Assembly: GCA_014381725.1 (NCBI GenBank)
Contig: JACNLC010000085.1
Coordinates: 12,569-76,568 of the forward strand
Direction: 5' to 3'
From: Fidelibacterota bacterium
Lineage (GTDB): Bacteria; Fidelibacterota; Marinisomatia; SCGC-AAA003-L08; JACNLC01
DNA: 64,000 bases
A model generated the notes under the pieces. That model was not told the DNA's origin. It searched no databases and saw nothing but the letters and a program-made list of their open reading frames with translations. Position 1 is the stretch's first letter. Each line of letters begins with the position of its first letter. The position numbers and the translations under genes were made by a program. Shown in pieces: positions 18,760 through 28,617 of this stretch.

Positions 18760-20762
18760 TATTTCAATCCGTTTGCTACAATTTCAGCAATATCGAGGAC
18801 TTTCATTTTTTCTTCCTGACCTTTTACACGCATTGCATCGTCCATCATAGTTATACAAAATGAGCAGGATGTTGCAACAGTATCAGCACCGGAATTCATT
18901 GCTTCTTCAAATCTTACAACATTAATTCGCTCACCATCATTGATTTCATACCACATATTTCCACCACCGGCACCACAGCAGAAACTGTTATTTTTGTTCT
19001 GCTCCATCTCAACCATTTCGCCATCATTCATTACTCCTTGGATGATATTTCTAGGAGTATCATAAATATCGTTGTGGCGTCCTAGATAACAGGCATCGTG
19101 GTAGGTTACTTTCCCTGATAAATGTTGATTTGGTTTCAATTGCCCATTTTCTATCAATTCATCAATGAATTCTGTATGATGTTTAACTACATAATTACCA
19201 CCAAAATCCGGATACTCATTTTTGAATGTATGGAAACAATGCGGACAAGGAGTTACAATAGTTTTGAACTCATATTTGCTGAGTGTTTCAATATTCTGTA
19301 AAGCAAGAGTTTCAAACAGATACTCTTCTCCCATTCTTCGAGCAGAGTCTCCAGTGCAAGATTCTTCAGTTCCTAAAACTGCATAATCGATTCCAGCAGT
19401 CTCAAAAATTTTCACCATTGCTTTTGCAATTTGTTGATTTCTTGGGTCATACGCACCAGCACAACCTACCCAATATAGTACATCAGCTTTCTTCTTTTGC
19501 GAAAATATAGGAAGTTCAATGTCTGAATCTTCTGCCCACTTAGTTCTGTCGTTTTTCGGAAATCCCCACGGATTACCGCTTTGCATTGTTTTCTCCAAAC
19601 TTTCGCTCGCTTGTTCGTGTGGTTTACCTTCGGACAAAACCAAATATCGTCGCATATCTGTAAATGTTGGTATATGGTCAATCAGCACCGGGCAAGCTTC
19701 CATACACGCACCACAAGTTGTACACGACCAAAGTTCATTTTCTGTAATTAATCCGTTTATGAGAGGTTTCACTTCTCCGTCGTTCATTTCTGCTGCATAC
19801 AGATTTTTTCGGATATCAGTGATAATTTTCATTGGTGATAGTGGTTTATCCGTATTATAAGCCGGACAGATCGTAGAACATCTAGAACATTCCGTGCAGG
19901 AAACACTATCCAGAAGTTGTTTCCACGAAAACTCTTCAACTTTGCTTACTCCTAGTGAGATATTTTCGATATCAGCTTCTGGATCTTGCATCATTTTACT
20001 TACGAACATTGGACGAAGTAGCCCTCGTTTTTCAGTATTTGTTAATGCAGTATTCAAAATTACAACAATAGCGTGAAACATTTTGGTTTGAGGAATGAGT
20101 GCAATCGCTAAAAGAGAAATTATAGAGTGAATCCACCAAAACGCAGGTTTTACAAATTCCCACGATTCTGGTGAAGCAAGTTTTGATATTGGGTATCCTA
20201 ACCAAGAATATCCAGCATTTTGTGGAGATTCAACTGCTAATCGAGCGGCTTCTGATAAGAATCCTGTTAAACAGATAATCAGTAGAAAAACTAAAATCCC
20301 CACATCGGCAAATAGAATCCCTCGCCCAGATAAATTATCATTTGGCAATGCTTTTGGTTTGTTGAAAATACGACGATAAAGCGCCATTAAAATTCCTACA
20401 GTAAACATCAATCCACCCAAATCGTTTAAGAAAGCAAACCAAGGAGTATCCATAGTTGGAAGATAATCAACAAACAAACCCCATTTAGTAAACATATCCA
20501 CTGATGTAGCAAACAAAAGTTCAAAACAACCCCATCCCAAAAAGATGTGCATTACCGTAGCAAAAGTAAATTGTTTGGAATTAACACGCATCTGTGCAAA
20601 GCCATAAACTACAGCATTGCGAATAATACTTAAGAAATTAAAAGGACGATGTTCTTCCTTTTTCCCAATACGAATGACGAATAATCGCCGAAGATTATAC
20701 AAAAAATAAAATCCTGATAGAATCGCAAAAATATAAAATGAATTTGGTATGTGATGTTGCAT
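18759..20762 (-). CDS. fadF: Membrane Fe-S oxidoreductase (FadF/HdrF-like: NarI-like TM region, two 4Fe-4S, CCG domains)
   Basis: CTECSRCSTICP, CTTCGACMEACP, YHDACYLGR, CCGAGGG. Downstream of etfBA. Confidence 0.85.
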   Translation of the reverse strand: MQHHIPNSFYIFAILSGFYFLYNLRRLFVIRIGKKEEHRPFNFLSIIRNAVVYGFAQMRVNSKQFTFATVMHIFLGWGCFELLFATSVDMFTKWGLFVDYLPTMDTPWFAFLNDLGGLMFTVGILMALYRRIFNKPKALPNDNLSGRGILFADVGILVFLLIICLTGFLSEAARLAVESPQNAGYSWLGYPISKLASPESWEFVKPAFWWIHSIISLLAIALIPQTKMFHAIVVILNTALTNTEKRGLLRPMFVSKMMQDPEADIENISLGVSKVEEFSWKQLLDSVSCTECSRCSTICPAYNTDKPLSPMKIITDIRKNLYAAEMNDGEVKPLINGLITENELWSCTTCGACMEACPVLIDHIPTFTDMRRYLVLSEGKPHEQASESLEKTMQSGNPWGFPKNDRTKWAEDSDIELPIFSQKKKADVLYWVGCAGAYDPRNQQIAKAMVKIFETAGIDYAVLGTEESCTGDSARRMGEEYLFETLALQNIETLSKYEFKTIVTPCPHCFHTFKNEYPDFGGNYVVKHHTEFIDELIENGQLKPNQHLSGKVTYHDACYLGRHNDIYDTPRNIIQGVMNDGEMVEMEQNKNNSFCCGAGGGNMWYEINDGERINVVRFEEAMNSGADTVATSCSFCITMMDDAMRVKGQEEKMKVLDIAEIVANGLK

Positions 20763-20884
20763 TTTTACCTCACTATTTCAGTTAAATTAGAAAGTCAAAA
20801 GTATTAGTTTCTAGTAACTTTCATTTTGTCCTGTCCTAAAATTGTTAATCGATATTCTTAAACTTCTCTATGAGTCTCGAATTA

Positions 20885-21844
20885 TTATCGATTTTTTATT
20901 GCTTCAGTCAATTTTGGAACAATCTCAAACAAGTCCGCTATAACTCCGATATCGGCAACTTCAAAAATCGGTGCATTTTCATCCTTATTGATTGCAATAA
21001 TATTGTCTGAACCTTTCATCCCAACCAAATGCTGGACTGCTCCGGAGATTCCTACTGCTACATATAATTTTGGAGAAACAGTTTGCCCAGATGAACCAAC
21101 TTGCCTTTCGTGCGGTAGCCATTCATAATCGACCACCGGTCGTGATGCACCAAGCTCTGCTCCAAGTGATTCTGCTAATTCCTTAACCACCGGTAGATTC
21201 TCTTCTTTACCAACTCCTCGCCCGATAGACAGTATAATTTCAGCTCTACTTAAATCCACTTCACCTTTTGCTTCTTGGAATTTCTCTCCAGGTCGAACTG
21301 TTTGTGCAACGGTGGATAAATCCAATGATAATTCGCGAATAGATGCATTACCCTTGGAAACTTCATCAACTCGATAACTTCCCGGTTGGAAAGATGCCAA
21401 AATCGGTGAACTGCTAACAGAAATATCAGAATTAATTTTCCCTTGATAAATCTGACGAATAAACATTAACTCGTCTTCATTTTTGAATCCAATACAATCA
21501 GCAACAAACGGGACATTAAGTCTCGCACCTAAACGCGGAATCCAATCCCGTGCTTCATAAGTATGAGCAAAAAGCACAATATCAGGTTTCTCAGAATCAA
21601 TTGTTTGCTGAAGTGCAGAAATATAATTTAGCGGATTATAATCCGCAAGTTCAGACTGATTTGCAAGCAAAATTTCCGATAAATTGTAAGAAGTTAAACT
21701 CTGAGCTACATCATTATTAAATGTTATAGCTGATAAATTTCCACCAGTAGATTCAGCGACTTTTTGTGCTCCTGAAAGTGCTTCTAATGATGCACGATTT
21801 ACTGTTCCATTTTCTTGTTGAATAAATATAAATATTTTCATCAT
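20885..21844 (-). CDS. etfA: Electron transfer flavoprotein alpha subunit
   Basis: GASRPVVD, QVGSSGQTV, GISGAVQH, AINKDENAPIF. Confidence 0.95.
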   Translation of the reverse strand: MMKIFIFIQQENGTVNRASLEALSGAQKVAESTGGNLSAITFNNDVAQSLTSYNLSEILLANQSELADYNPLNYISALQQTIDSEKPDIVLFAHTYEARDWIPRLGARLNVPFVADCIGFKNEDELMFIRQIYQGKINSDISVSSSPILASFQPGSYRVDEVSKGNASIRELSLDLSTVAQTVRPGEKFQEAKGEVDLSRAEIILSIGRGVGKEENLPVVKELAESLGAELGASRPVVDYEWLPHERQVGSSGQTVSPKLYVAVGISGAVQHLVGMKGSDNIIAINKDENAPIFEVADIGVIADLFEIVPKLTEAIKNR

Positions 21845-21845
21845 A

Positions 21846-22625
21846 TTACCCCAATACTTTAATTTCGTTAGTGAGTTTTTCCATCAACTGTTCAACAATT
21901 TCATCAGGAGAACCGGAAATGAATTCTGTTTCCTTAGTTTTTTGTGGAACATAAATCTGCTTGGTTTCTGCTTTTGTAGCGATATCATCTAAATCAATAT
22001 CACTAGCTGACATAGTTTGTAGAGGTTTCTTTTTCATCATCATAATTCCACGAAGAGAAGCATATCGAGGTTTGTTTAATCCAGATTGAATTGTCAATGA
22101 TGCAGGAAGATCAAGCTCTGTCCATTGAGCCCAACCGCCTTCAAGTTCTCGTTTGACTTTTATCACAGTATCACCAACCATTTCAGTTCCAATAACTAAC
22201 GATGAGTGTGATGTATTGAGAAGTTCTGCCAAAATAACACCAACTTGAGCATTGCCAGTATCATCTGATTGCAAACCAGTAAAAATTAAATCGAAATTCT
22301 CATCTTTCAAAACAGATGCAAACACTTTTGAAGTGGCAAGTGCATCAAAATTTTCGAACTTCTCGTCAGTTATCATAATTCCTCTGTCAGCACCTTTTGC
22401 AAGTCCATCTTTAACAACTTGCACAGCGGAATCTTTTCCCATTGAACAAACTACCACTTCACCACCGTGTTTTTCTTTTAGAAGCAACGCTTCTTCGAGT
22501 GCGTAAGTATCACATTCGTTTGTTGTAGATGTTATGCCGTCTTCTATTATTGTCAGGTTATCATCGGCAATTTTGATAAGCGAATCACTATCCGGAACCT
22601 GTTTTACTAATACACATATTTTCAT
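21846..22625 (-). CDS. etfB: Electron transfer flavoprotein beta subunit
   Basis: KICVLVKQVPD, GADRG, NKPRYASLRGIM. Confidence 0.95.
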   Translation of the reverse strand: MKICVLVKQVPDSDSLIKIADDNLTIIEDGITSTTNECDTYALEEALLLKEKHGGEVVVCSMGKDSAVQVVKDGLAKGADRGIMITDEKFENFDALATSKVFASVLKDENFDLIFTGLQSDDTGNAQVGVILAELLNTSHSSLVIGTEMVGDTVIKVKRELEGGWAQWTELDLPASLTIQSGLNKPRYASLRGIMMMKKKPLQTMSASDIDLDDIATKAETKQIYVPQKTKETEFISGSPDEIVEQLMEKLTNEIKVLG

Positions 22626-22773
22626 TTTTTCTCCAATATTCATTTATAGAATTTCAATATTTACACAAAATTTTGGTTCAAAAATTACGAATAAAACAGG
22701 ATAAATAACTCTTGTTTTTTATAAATCTGATATAGAAATTTTCAATCAACTGGTTAGCTGGGCTCCAAACAAC

Positions 22774-22983
22774 TTATTGGTTTTCTGACCACTCCTCATA
22801 CCAAATCATTTGGATTGACTCCAATATTCCCTCGCTTGATTTTTTAGGGTCATCAGAAAAATCATTGAGTTCAATAATCATTTTATGCAGATCTGTAAAT
22901 CTAACTGTTAATGGATTAATGTCCGGATACTTCTCAGAAAGCTCAAATCCTAAATCTTCTTTATCTTGCCAAGTTAGTTTCAT
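22774..22983 (-). CDS. iscX: Fe-S cluster assembly protein IscX
   Basis: LTW.D...PLTVRFTDLH...DFSDDPKKSSEGILESIQ..W.EE. Confidence 0.88.
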   Translation of the reverse strand: MKLTWQDKEDLGFELSEKYPDINPLTVRFTDLHKMIIELNDFSDDPKKSSEGILESIQMIWYEEWSENQ

Positions 22984-23161
22984 ATTTATTATTCAATCTG
23001 CTAATTTTCTTACTCATAATTTGCAGTAATTTAGAAGAAATAAAAGTACATCCAAAACTAAAATCAAAACTGTTCGGCATTGTTACAATAAGTTACACAA
23101 TAATTTTAGTTTCACATGTTGTTAATATTCTAACTTACTTGATTGAACAGAGAGGGTAAAA

Positions 23162-25315
23162 TTGAAGAAAAATAAATTAATTCTATGGTTAGTAATGTTA
23201 ACTGGAGTTGTTTTCGCAAACTCAGTCAGGGAAAATGTAATTCTATTTTGCTTGAATCAGAATTCAGAATTATTATCCATTTCAAAAACTGAAGATGGAT
23301 TTTCAGTCAATAACAGCGAACTTAATGATTATTTTAAATCTATAAAAGCTACTGATTTAGAGCAGTGGATACCATTTGCAACAGAGGATGATCACGACGG
23401 AGATATCTACTTAAACAGAATTTATCGTTTATATTTGCCTGAAAATAGAACCAAATCACTTTCTCAAATCCTGGAAGAAGTTGCTTCTTTTGAAATTATA
23501 CATTCATCTGAAAAGGAATATATCAGAAAACCATATTATACACCAAACGATCCTCGATACAGCCAGCAATGGTTTTTGCAACAAGTAAACGCTAATTATG
23601 CGTGGAATTTTTGGGATATTGATGGAGGAGACAATCCCGGTAACCAAAATGTATTGCTCGCTTCAGTTGATACTGGTGTAGATTGGGACCACACTGATCT
23701 AAGAAATAATATATGGCAAAATCTCAATGAAGATGCAGATGGTGATGGCCATACAATTGAATATTCTAATGGAACTTGGATACTCGATCCTGGCGATTTG
23801 AATGGAATTGACGACGACGATTGGGATGATAGCCCCACAACTTTTGTGGATGACTTAATCGGTTGGGATGTTGCTGGTTGGAGTGGAGTTGGAGATAATA
23901 ATCCTCAACCAAAAGAAGGAGTATCCAATTGGAGTACTTGGGCTCACGGTACACATGTAGCCGGACTTTTAGCTTCATCAACAGATAATAATACAGGAAT
24001 TGCTTCAGTTGCGTTTGACTGTAGTATAATGTCTGTTAAAGTATCCAGGGGAAATCAATCAGGTGAACCTTATATAACTGATGGATTCTCTGGTATTTTG
24101 TATGCCGCTAAAGCTGGATTTAACACAGGATCATTTGCAATAATCAATAATAGTTGGGGTGGTGGTGGTTTTAACTCATACGAACAAGCAAATATAAATG
24201 TTGCACATGACACATACAATGCAATCATTTTTGCTGCAGGTGGTAATGGTTCAGATTCTTGGCCTTATGGAGAAGAATATACCGCACATTATCCATCAAG
24301 CTATGAAAATGTGATTGCCGTTGCTCCGTTGGGAACAAACGATAATTGGAACCATTGGGGAACCTACCACGAGACAATTGATTTATCATCTCCCGGAGAA
24401 AATATTCAAAGTACAATTATTGGAAATAACTATACTTCTTGGGATGGTTCATCTATGGCAACACCAATTGCCGCAAGTTGTGTTGGTCTGCTAAAATCTA
24501 AATATCCTGATTGGTCTAATATCCAACTAGAAACAATGATTGTTGCAACAGCTGATCCGGTAATTTATAACCAAAATTCTGAATCATACCTTCAAGGGAG
24601 ATTAGGAACTGGAAGAGTTGATATTTTGAAAGCTATTGAAACTGGACTTTTCCCAAAGTTGGAGTTTATTGCTAATGACATTATCCCTGTAACTGGGCAA
24701 GACAACGATGTTAATCCAGGTGAAATAGCAGAATTACGAACTATATTGGTCAATAATGAAGATTGGGGAACTGCTGTTGGTGCTATTGGATTTTTATCAT
24801 CTGAATCAGAATTTGTGACCATCATAAACAATGAAGCAAGTTTTGGAACAGTATCTCCTGGAGATGCGACTTTGAATGAAATTGATCCATTTGTCATTGA
24901 ATTTTCAACTGATACTCCAACCGGAAATGTATCGTTTGATCTTGTACTTACTTCAAACGAAGATGATTATGTTGTTTATACTGACACGCTTACATTTACA
25001 GTTAGAATAATGCCAACTTTGGATAACCTCTCAAGTAATCGCCCAAGCGAATTTTCATTATCTCAAAACTATCCAAATCCATTCAATCCAGTAACAGTTA
25101 TTAGTTATCAACTCCCTGTTCCAAGCTCCGTGCTACTTACTATTTATAATCTACAAGGGCAATTTATTGGAGAATTAGTAAGCAATGTTAGCGTACAGGA
25201 AGCTGGCTATCATTCAGTAGTTTGGGATGCATCAAATTATCCAAGTGGAGTGTATTTTGCAAAACTGCAAACGGATAATTTTACACAAACACAAAAATTA
25301 TTATTATTAAAATAG
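23162..25315 (+). CDS. S8 subtilisin-like serine peptidase with T9SS-type C-terminal sorting domain
   Basis: VDTG, HGTH, GSSMATP triad. QNYPNPFNP...KLLLLK. Confidence 0.92.
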   Translation: MKKNKLILWLVMLTGVVFANSVRENVILFCLNQNSELLSISKTEDGFSVNNSELNDYFKSIKATDLEQWIPFATEDDHDGDIYLNRIYRLYLPENRTKSLSQILEEVASFEIIHSSEKEYIRKPYYTPNDPRYSQQWFLQQVNANYAWNFWDIDGGDNPGNQNVLLASVDTGVDWDHTDLRNNIWQNLNEDADGDGHTIEYSNGTWILDPGDLNGIDDDDWDDSPTTFVDDLIGWDVAGWSGVGDNNPQPKEGVSNWSTWAHGTHVAGLLASSTDNNTGIASVAFDCSIMSVKVSRGNQSGEPYITDGFSGILYAAKAGFNTGSFAIINNSWGGGGFNSYEQANINVAHDTYNAIIFAAGGNGSDSWPYGEEYTAHYPSSYENVIAVAPLGTNDNWNHWGTYHETIDLSSPGENIQSTIIGNNYTSWDGSSMATPIAASCVGLLKSKYPDWSNIQLETMIVATADPVIYNQNSESYLQGRLGTGRVDILKAIETGLFPKLEFIANDIIPVTGQDNDVNPGEIAELRTILVNNEDWGTAVGAIGFLSSESEFVTIINNEASFGTVSPGDATLNEIDPFVIEFSTDTPTGNVSFDLVLTSNEDDYVVYTDTLTFTVRIMPTLDNLSSNRPSEFSLSQNYPNPFNPVTVISYQLPVPSSVLLTIYNLQGQFIGELVSNVSVQEAGYHSVVWDASNYPSGVYFAKLQTDNFTQTQKLLLLK

Positions 25316-25323
25316 GAAATTAT

Positions 25324-28323
25324 ATGAAAAAATTATTGTTAGGAATGTTATTAGTAATTGGTTTTTTAGCTGCAGAAACAGTGGATGTTGAACAAGCAAA
25401 AACTGTTGCAGTGAATCTTTTTACCGAACGGAGTGATTTTGACATCGACAAAATCAGTATTCTTGATATTTCCACAGAAACATTCGGAAAGAATAATTTA
25501 TTTTACATTTTCAATATGATACCTGCGGGATTTGTAATTGTATCCGCCGATGATATTGCAACTCCAATTATCGGTTATAGTTTTGAAGGACAATTACAAA
25601 ATGATAAAATTCCCACACAACTTGCAAATAAACTTGAGAAATACAAATCTGAAATTATTGAAGCTATTCAACAAAATATCTTACCAACTGAAAATATTAG
25701 AACTCAATGGGGATATTACATTTCTGACAATGGTTTTATAATCAATAGAAATTTTCGTTCAGTTTCTCCGCTAATCCAAGCTCGATTTGACCAACCAAAT
25801 CCGTGGAATGCAAAATGCCCGGTAGACCAAAGTGGTCCAGGTGGACGCGCACTCGTTGGATGTGTAGCGGTTTCAATGGCTCAAGTAATGCACTATTGGT
25901 CATATCCAGATTATGGTTACGGTTCTCACAATTATTATCATTGGGATTATGGCAATATATCTGCAAATTTTGGTGATACTCATTATGATTGGTCAAATAT
26001 TCCAAATGCACCGGCAACAGATGATACTCAAACAATTTTATTTCATTGCGGAGTTGCCATTGATATGGGATATGGCCCAGACGGCTCAGGAGCATATGTA
26101 GGTTGGGGAAATCCGTCTGCAATGACAGCAATGGATGATCATTTTCTCTTTGATGATGATATCCATTTTGAAGAAAAAGATAATTATTCAGATGCTTCTT
26201 GGAAAGAACTGATGCAAACTGAACTTAACGAAGGTCGCCCAACAGTATATCGTGGTTATGATATTGAAAGTGGTGGTGGTCACGCTTGGAATATTGATGG
26301 TTATCAAAACGATTATTTCCACTGCAATTGGGGGTGGGGTGGATATGCAAATGGTTATTTTTATCTCAATAACTTAACTGGTGGTGGATATAATTTTTCT
26401 GAAGGCCAAGCAGCAATAATGGGAATTATTCCAGAAAGTTTATCAACACCAAATTTAGTACTTACAGAAACAGCTAGTGAAGAAGTAACTGGTGATGGTG
26501 ATGCGGTGATTAATCCAGGAGAAACTGCAAATATCTTTGTTACTTTGAAAAACCTACCACCTTGGCCAAGTGCAGTTGATGTTGAACTGATTTTAGAAAC
26601 ACAAGAAGACGGAGTTACAATTATTAACGATTATATTTCTTTGGCACAAATTGATTCTGCTGAAACTTATACCAATTTAGAATTTCCTTTTATTGCCGAA
26701 TTTTCATCAGATACTCCTCTTGGTGGTTATTCTTTTAAATTGGTTGTATTAACAAATGACCTACAATACACAAAAGAATTTGACTTTGAAGTCAATATTT
26801 CTCTACATCAAGCTGGATTCCCATTTTACACTTCTGAGCAAGTGAAATCTTCTCCCATTGTAATCGATATTGACGATGATGGAGAAAAGGAGATTATCTT
26901 TGCTGATTATACAGGTTTAATTCATAATTTAAATTATAACGGAAATGAAGAGATAAACTGGCCATTTGATACTGGGAATCAGGTTTGGGGTTCTCCGGCA
27001 GTAGCTGATATAGACAATGATGGAGAGCTGGAAATTATAATTGGATCAAAATCGAAACATCTCTTTGTGCTTACTCCTACTGCTGAAATAAAATTGGATT
27101 TTGAAACTGAGATGTATCTTATGGCTACTGCTTCTATCGGAAACATTGATGATGATGATGAACTTGAAATTATATTCCCTGGATTTTCAACTGCAAATGA
27201 AACTTCCAGTATATTCGCAATAAATCTCGATGGTTCAAATGTTCCGGGATTCCCAATAATTGTAAATGAGAAAATTTTGTATGGATTAGCATTAGCCGAT
27301 TTTAATGAAAATGATAAAGTAGATATCGTATGTACAACTGATGCTGGGAATATATTCCTTTTCTACGATAATGGAATAATTGCCGATGGTTTCCCTTTTA
27401 CAGCTGAAGAACAATTTAAAACAGCTCCATCTGTGTTAAAACTAAACGAACAAGATGAATTTGGTTATGATAAAATTATTGTAGCAGGATCAATGGATGA
27501 TAATTTTTATGCGATTAACAGCGATGGAGGACTTCGTTTCTCAGTTGAAACTGATGGTAATATTCAAACTTCAGCAGGATTTGTGGATATCGAAAATATC
27601 GGACCGGTAATCTTTTTCGGCTCAGATGACGGATATCTGTATGCTGTGCAAACAAACGGATTTAATGCTCCGGGTTGGCCTAAATATCTTAATGAAAAAG
27701 TAACTGTATCGCCTGTCTTTGCGGACATTGATGGAGACAATATCCCAGAGGTTGTGTCAGGTAATGATACCGGAGAAATGTATGTTTTCAATCTGAATGG
27801 TTCTCCATTCCAAAATACTCCAATACCGTCAGAATTTTCCTATAAAAGCACTCCTATGATAGTTGATACCGACAATGATGGTGATTTTGAAATTGTAATT
27901 GGCACTACTCACAACTTAACAAATGTGGATATTAAAAATCTGGGAAACGACGGAGCTTATTGGAAAATGGATAGAGGAAATTCGAAAAGAACTGGATTAT
28001 TTGAAAGCACAATGAATGCTAATTTAGAGACAGATATTTCCAATATAATTATTCATAATTTTGAATTGCATACCGCTTACCCTAATCCGTTTAATCCTAC
28101 AACGGTTATTAGTTATAGTGTGCCGGTAGAGACAAACGGCCGTTTGTCTCTACAAATTTACAACATTACTGGTCAGTTGGTAGAAACATTGGTAAACGCG
28201 CAAGTAGAAGCTGGTTATCATACAGTAGTTTGGAATGCAGAAAATCAACCAAGCGGATTATATTTCGTTAGAATGACTGCTGGAGATTTCGTAAGTACAC
28301 AGAAGATGTTGTTGTTGAAATAG
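25324..28323 (+). CDS. C10 (streptopain-like) cysteine peptidase with FG-GAP repeats and T9SS-type CTD
   Basis: GFVIVSADD prodomain, GCVAVSMAQ, GHAW, HCNWGW. Repeated SPxxxDIDxDGxxEII. YPNPFNP. Confidence 0.92.
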   Translation: MKKLLLGMLLVIGFLAAETVDVEQAKTVAVNLFTERSDFDIDKISILDISTETFGKNNLFYIFNMIPAGFVIVSADDIATPIIGYSFEGQLQNDKIPTQLANKLEKYKSEIIEAIQQNILPTENIRTQWGYYISDNGFIINRNFRSVSPLIQARFDQPNPWNAKCPVDQSGPGGRALVGCVAVSMAQVMHYWSYPDYGYGSHNYYHWDYGNISANFGDTHYDWSNIPNAPATDDTQTILFHCGVAIDMGYGPDGSGAYVGWGNPSAMTAMDDHFLFDDDIHFEEKDNYSDASWKELMQTELNEGRPTVYRGYDIESGGGHAWNIDGYQNDYFHCNWGWGGYANGYFYLNNLTGGGYNFSEGQAAIMGIIPESLSTPNLVLTETASEEVTGDGDAVINPGETANIFVTLKNLPPWPSAVDVELILETQEDGVTIINDYISLAQIDSAETYTNLEFPFIAEFSSDTPLGGYSFKLVVLTNDLQYTKEFDFEVNISLHQAGFPFYTSEQVKSSPIVIDIDDDGEKEIIFADYTGLIHNLNYNGNEEINWPFDTGNQVWGSPAVADIDNDGELEIIIGSKSKHLFVLTPTAEIKLDFETEMYLMATASIGNIDDDDELEIIFPGFSTANETSSIFAINLDGSNVPGFPIIVNEKILYGLALADFNENDKVDIVCTTDAGNIFLFYDNGIIADGFPFTAEEQFKTAPSVLKLNEQDEFGYDKIIVAGSMDDNFYAINSDGGLRFSVETDGNIQTSAGFVDIENIGPVIFFGSDDGYLYAVQTNGFNAPGWPKYLNEKVTVSPVFADIDGDNIPEVVSGNDTGEMYVFNLNGSPFQNTPIPSEFSYKSTPMIVDTDNDGDFEIVIGTTHNLTNVDIKNLGNDGAYWKMDRGNSKRTGLFESTMNANLETDISNIIIHNFELHTAYPNPFNPTTVISYSVPVETNGRLSLQIYNITGQLVETLVNAQVEAGYHTVVWNAENQPSGLYFVRMTAGDFVSTQKMLLLK
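28126..28153. repeat. Perfect 28-bp REP-like palindrome inside a CDS
   Basis: GTAGAGACAAACGG|CCGTTTGTCTCTAC, read as VETNGRLSL(Q). Confidence 0.9.
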
Positions 28324-28491
28324 TAGAAAATAAAAAATAAACAACGAACAGACGAAATAAAGCAAGTTCGTAACTTCGCCTTGTCCGCCAATGTTTTTCA
28401 GGTGGGCGTTTTCGTTATAAACCTTAAAACAATTGCTTGCTACTAACAAAACTAACAAAGTAAATTTACTTCTCGAAAACACAATTTAATT

Positions 28492-28596
28492 ATGAAAAGT
28501 TTCAAAATTATATTATTATTATTGACCATTTGGTGCGTTTCCGTTTCAGCACAAGAAACTTCTGCACCTATTTTTGTATATCCAACCATAACTTGA
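28492..28596 (+). pseudogene. Orphan signal-peptide ORF (34 aa)
   Basis: MKSFKIILLLLTIWCVSVSA|QETSAPIFVYPTIT*. Confidence 0.5.
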
Positions 28597-28617
28597 CAAA
28601 CTTAAAAAGGAGCAAAA

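Noticed and set aside
22774..22983. iscX as a marker of a full isc operon
   Set aside because: No iscS, iscU, hscA or fdx is adjacent; it is a lone gene here.
28324..28490. Integron attC site between secreted-protein genes
   Set aside because: No convincing RYYYAAC...GTTRRRY box pairing and no integrase.
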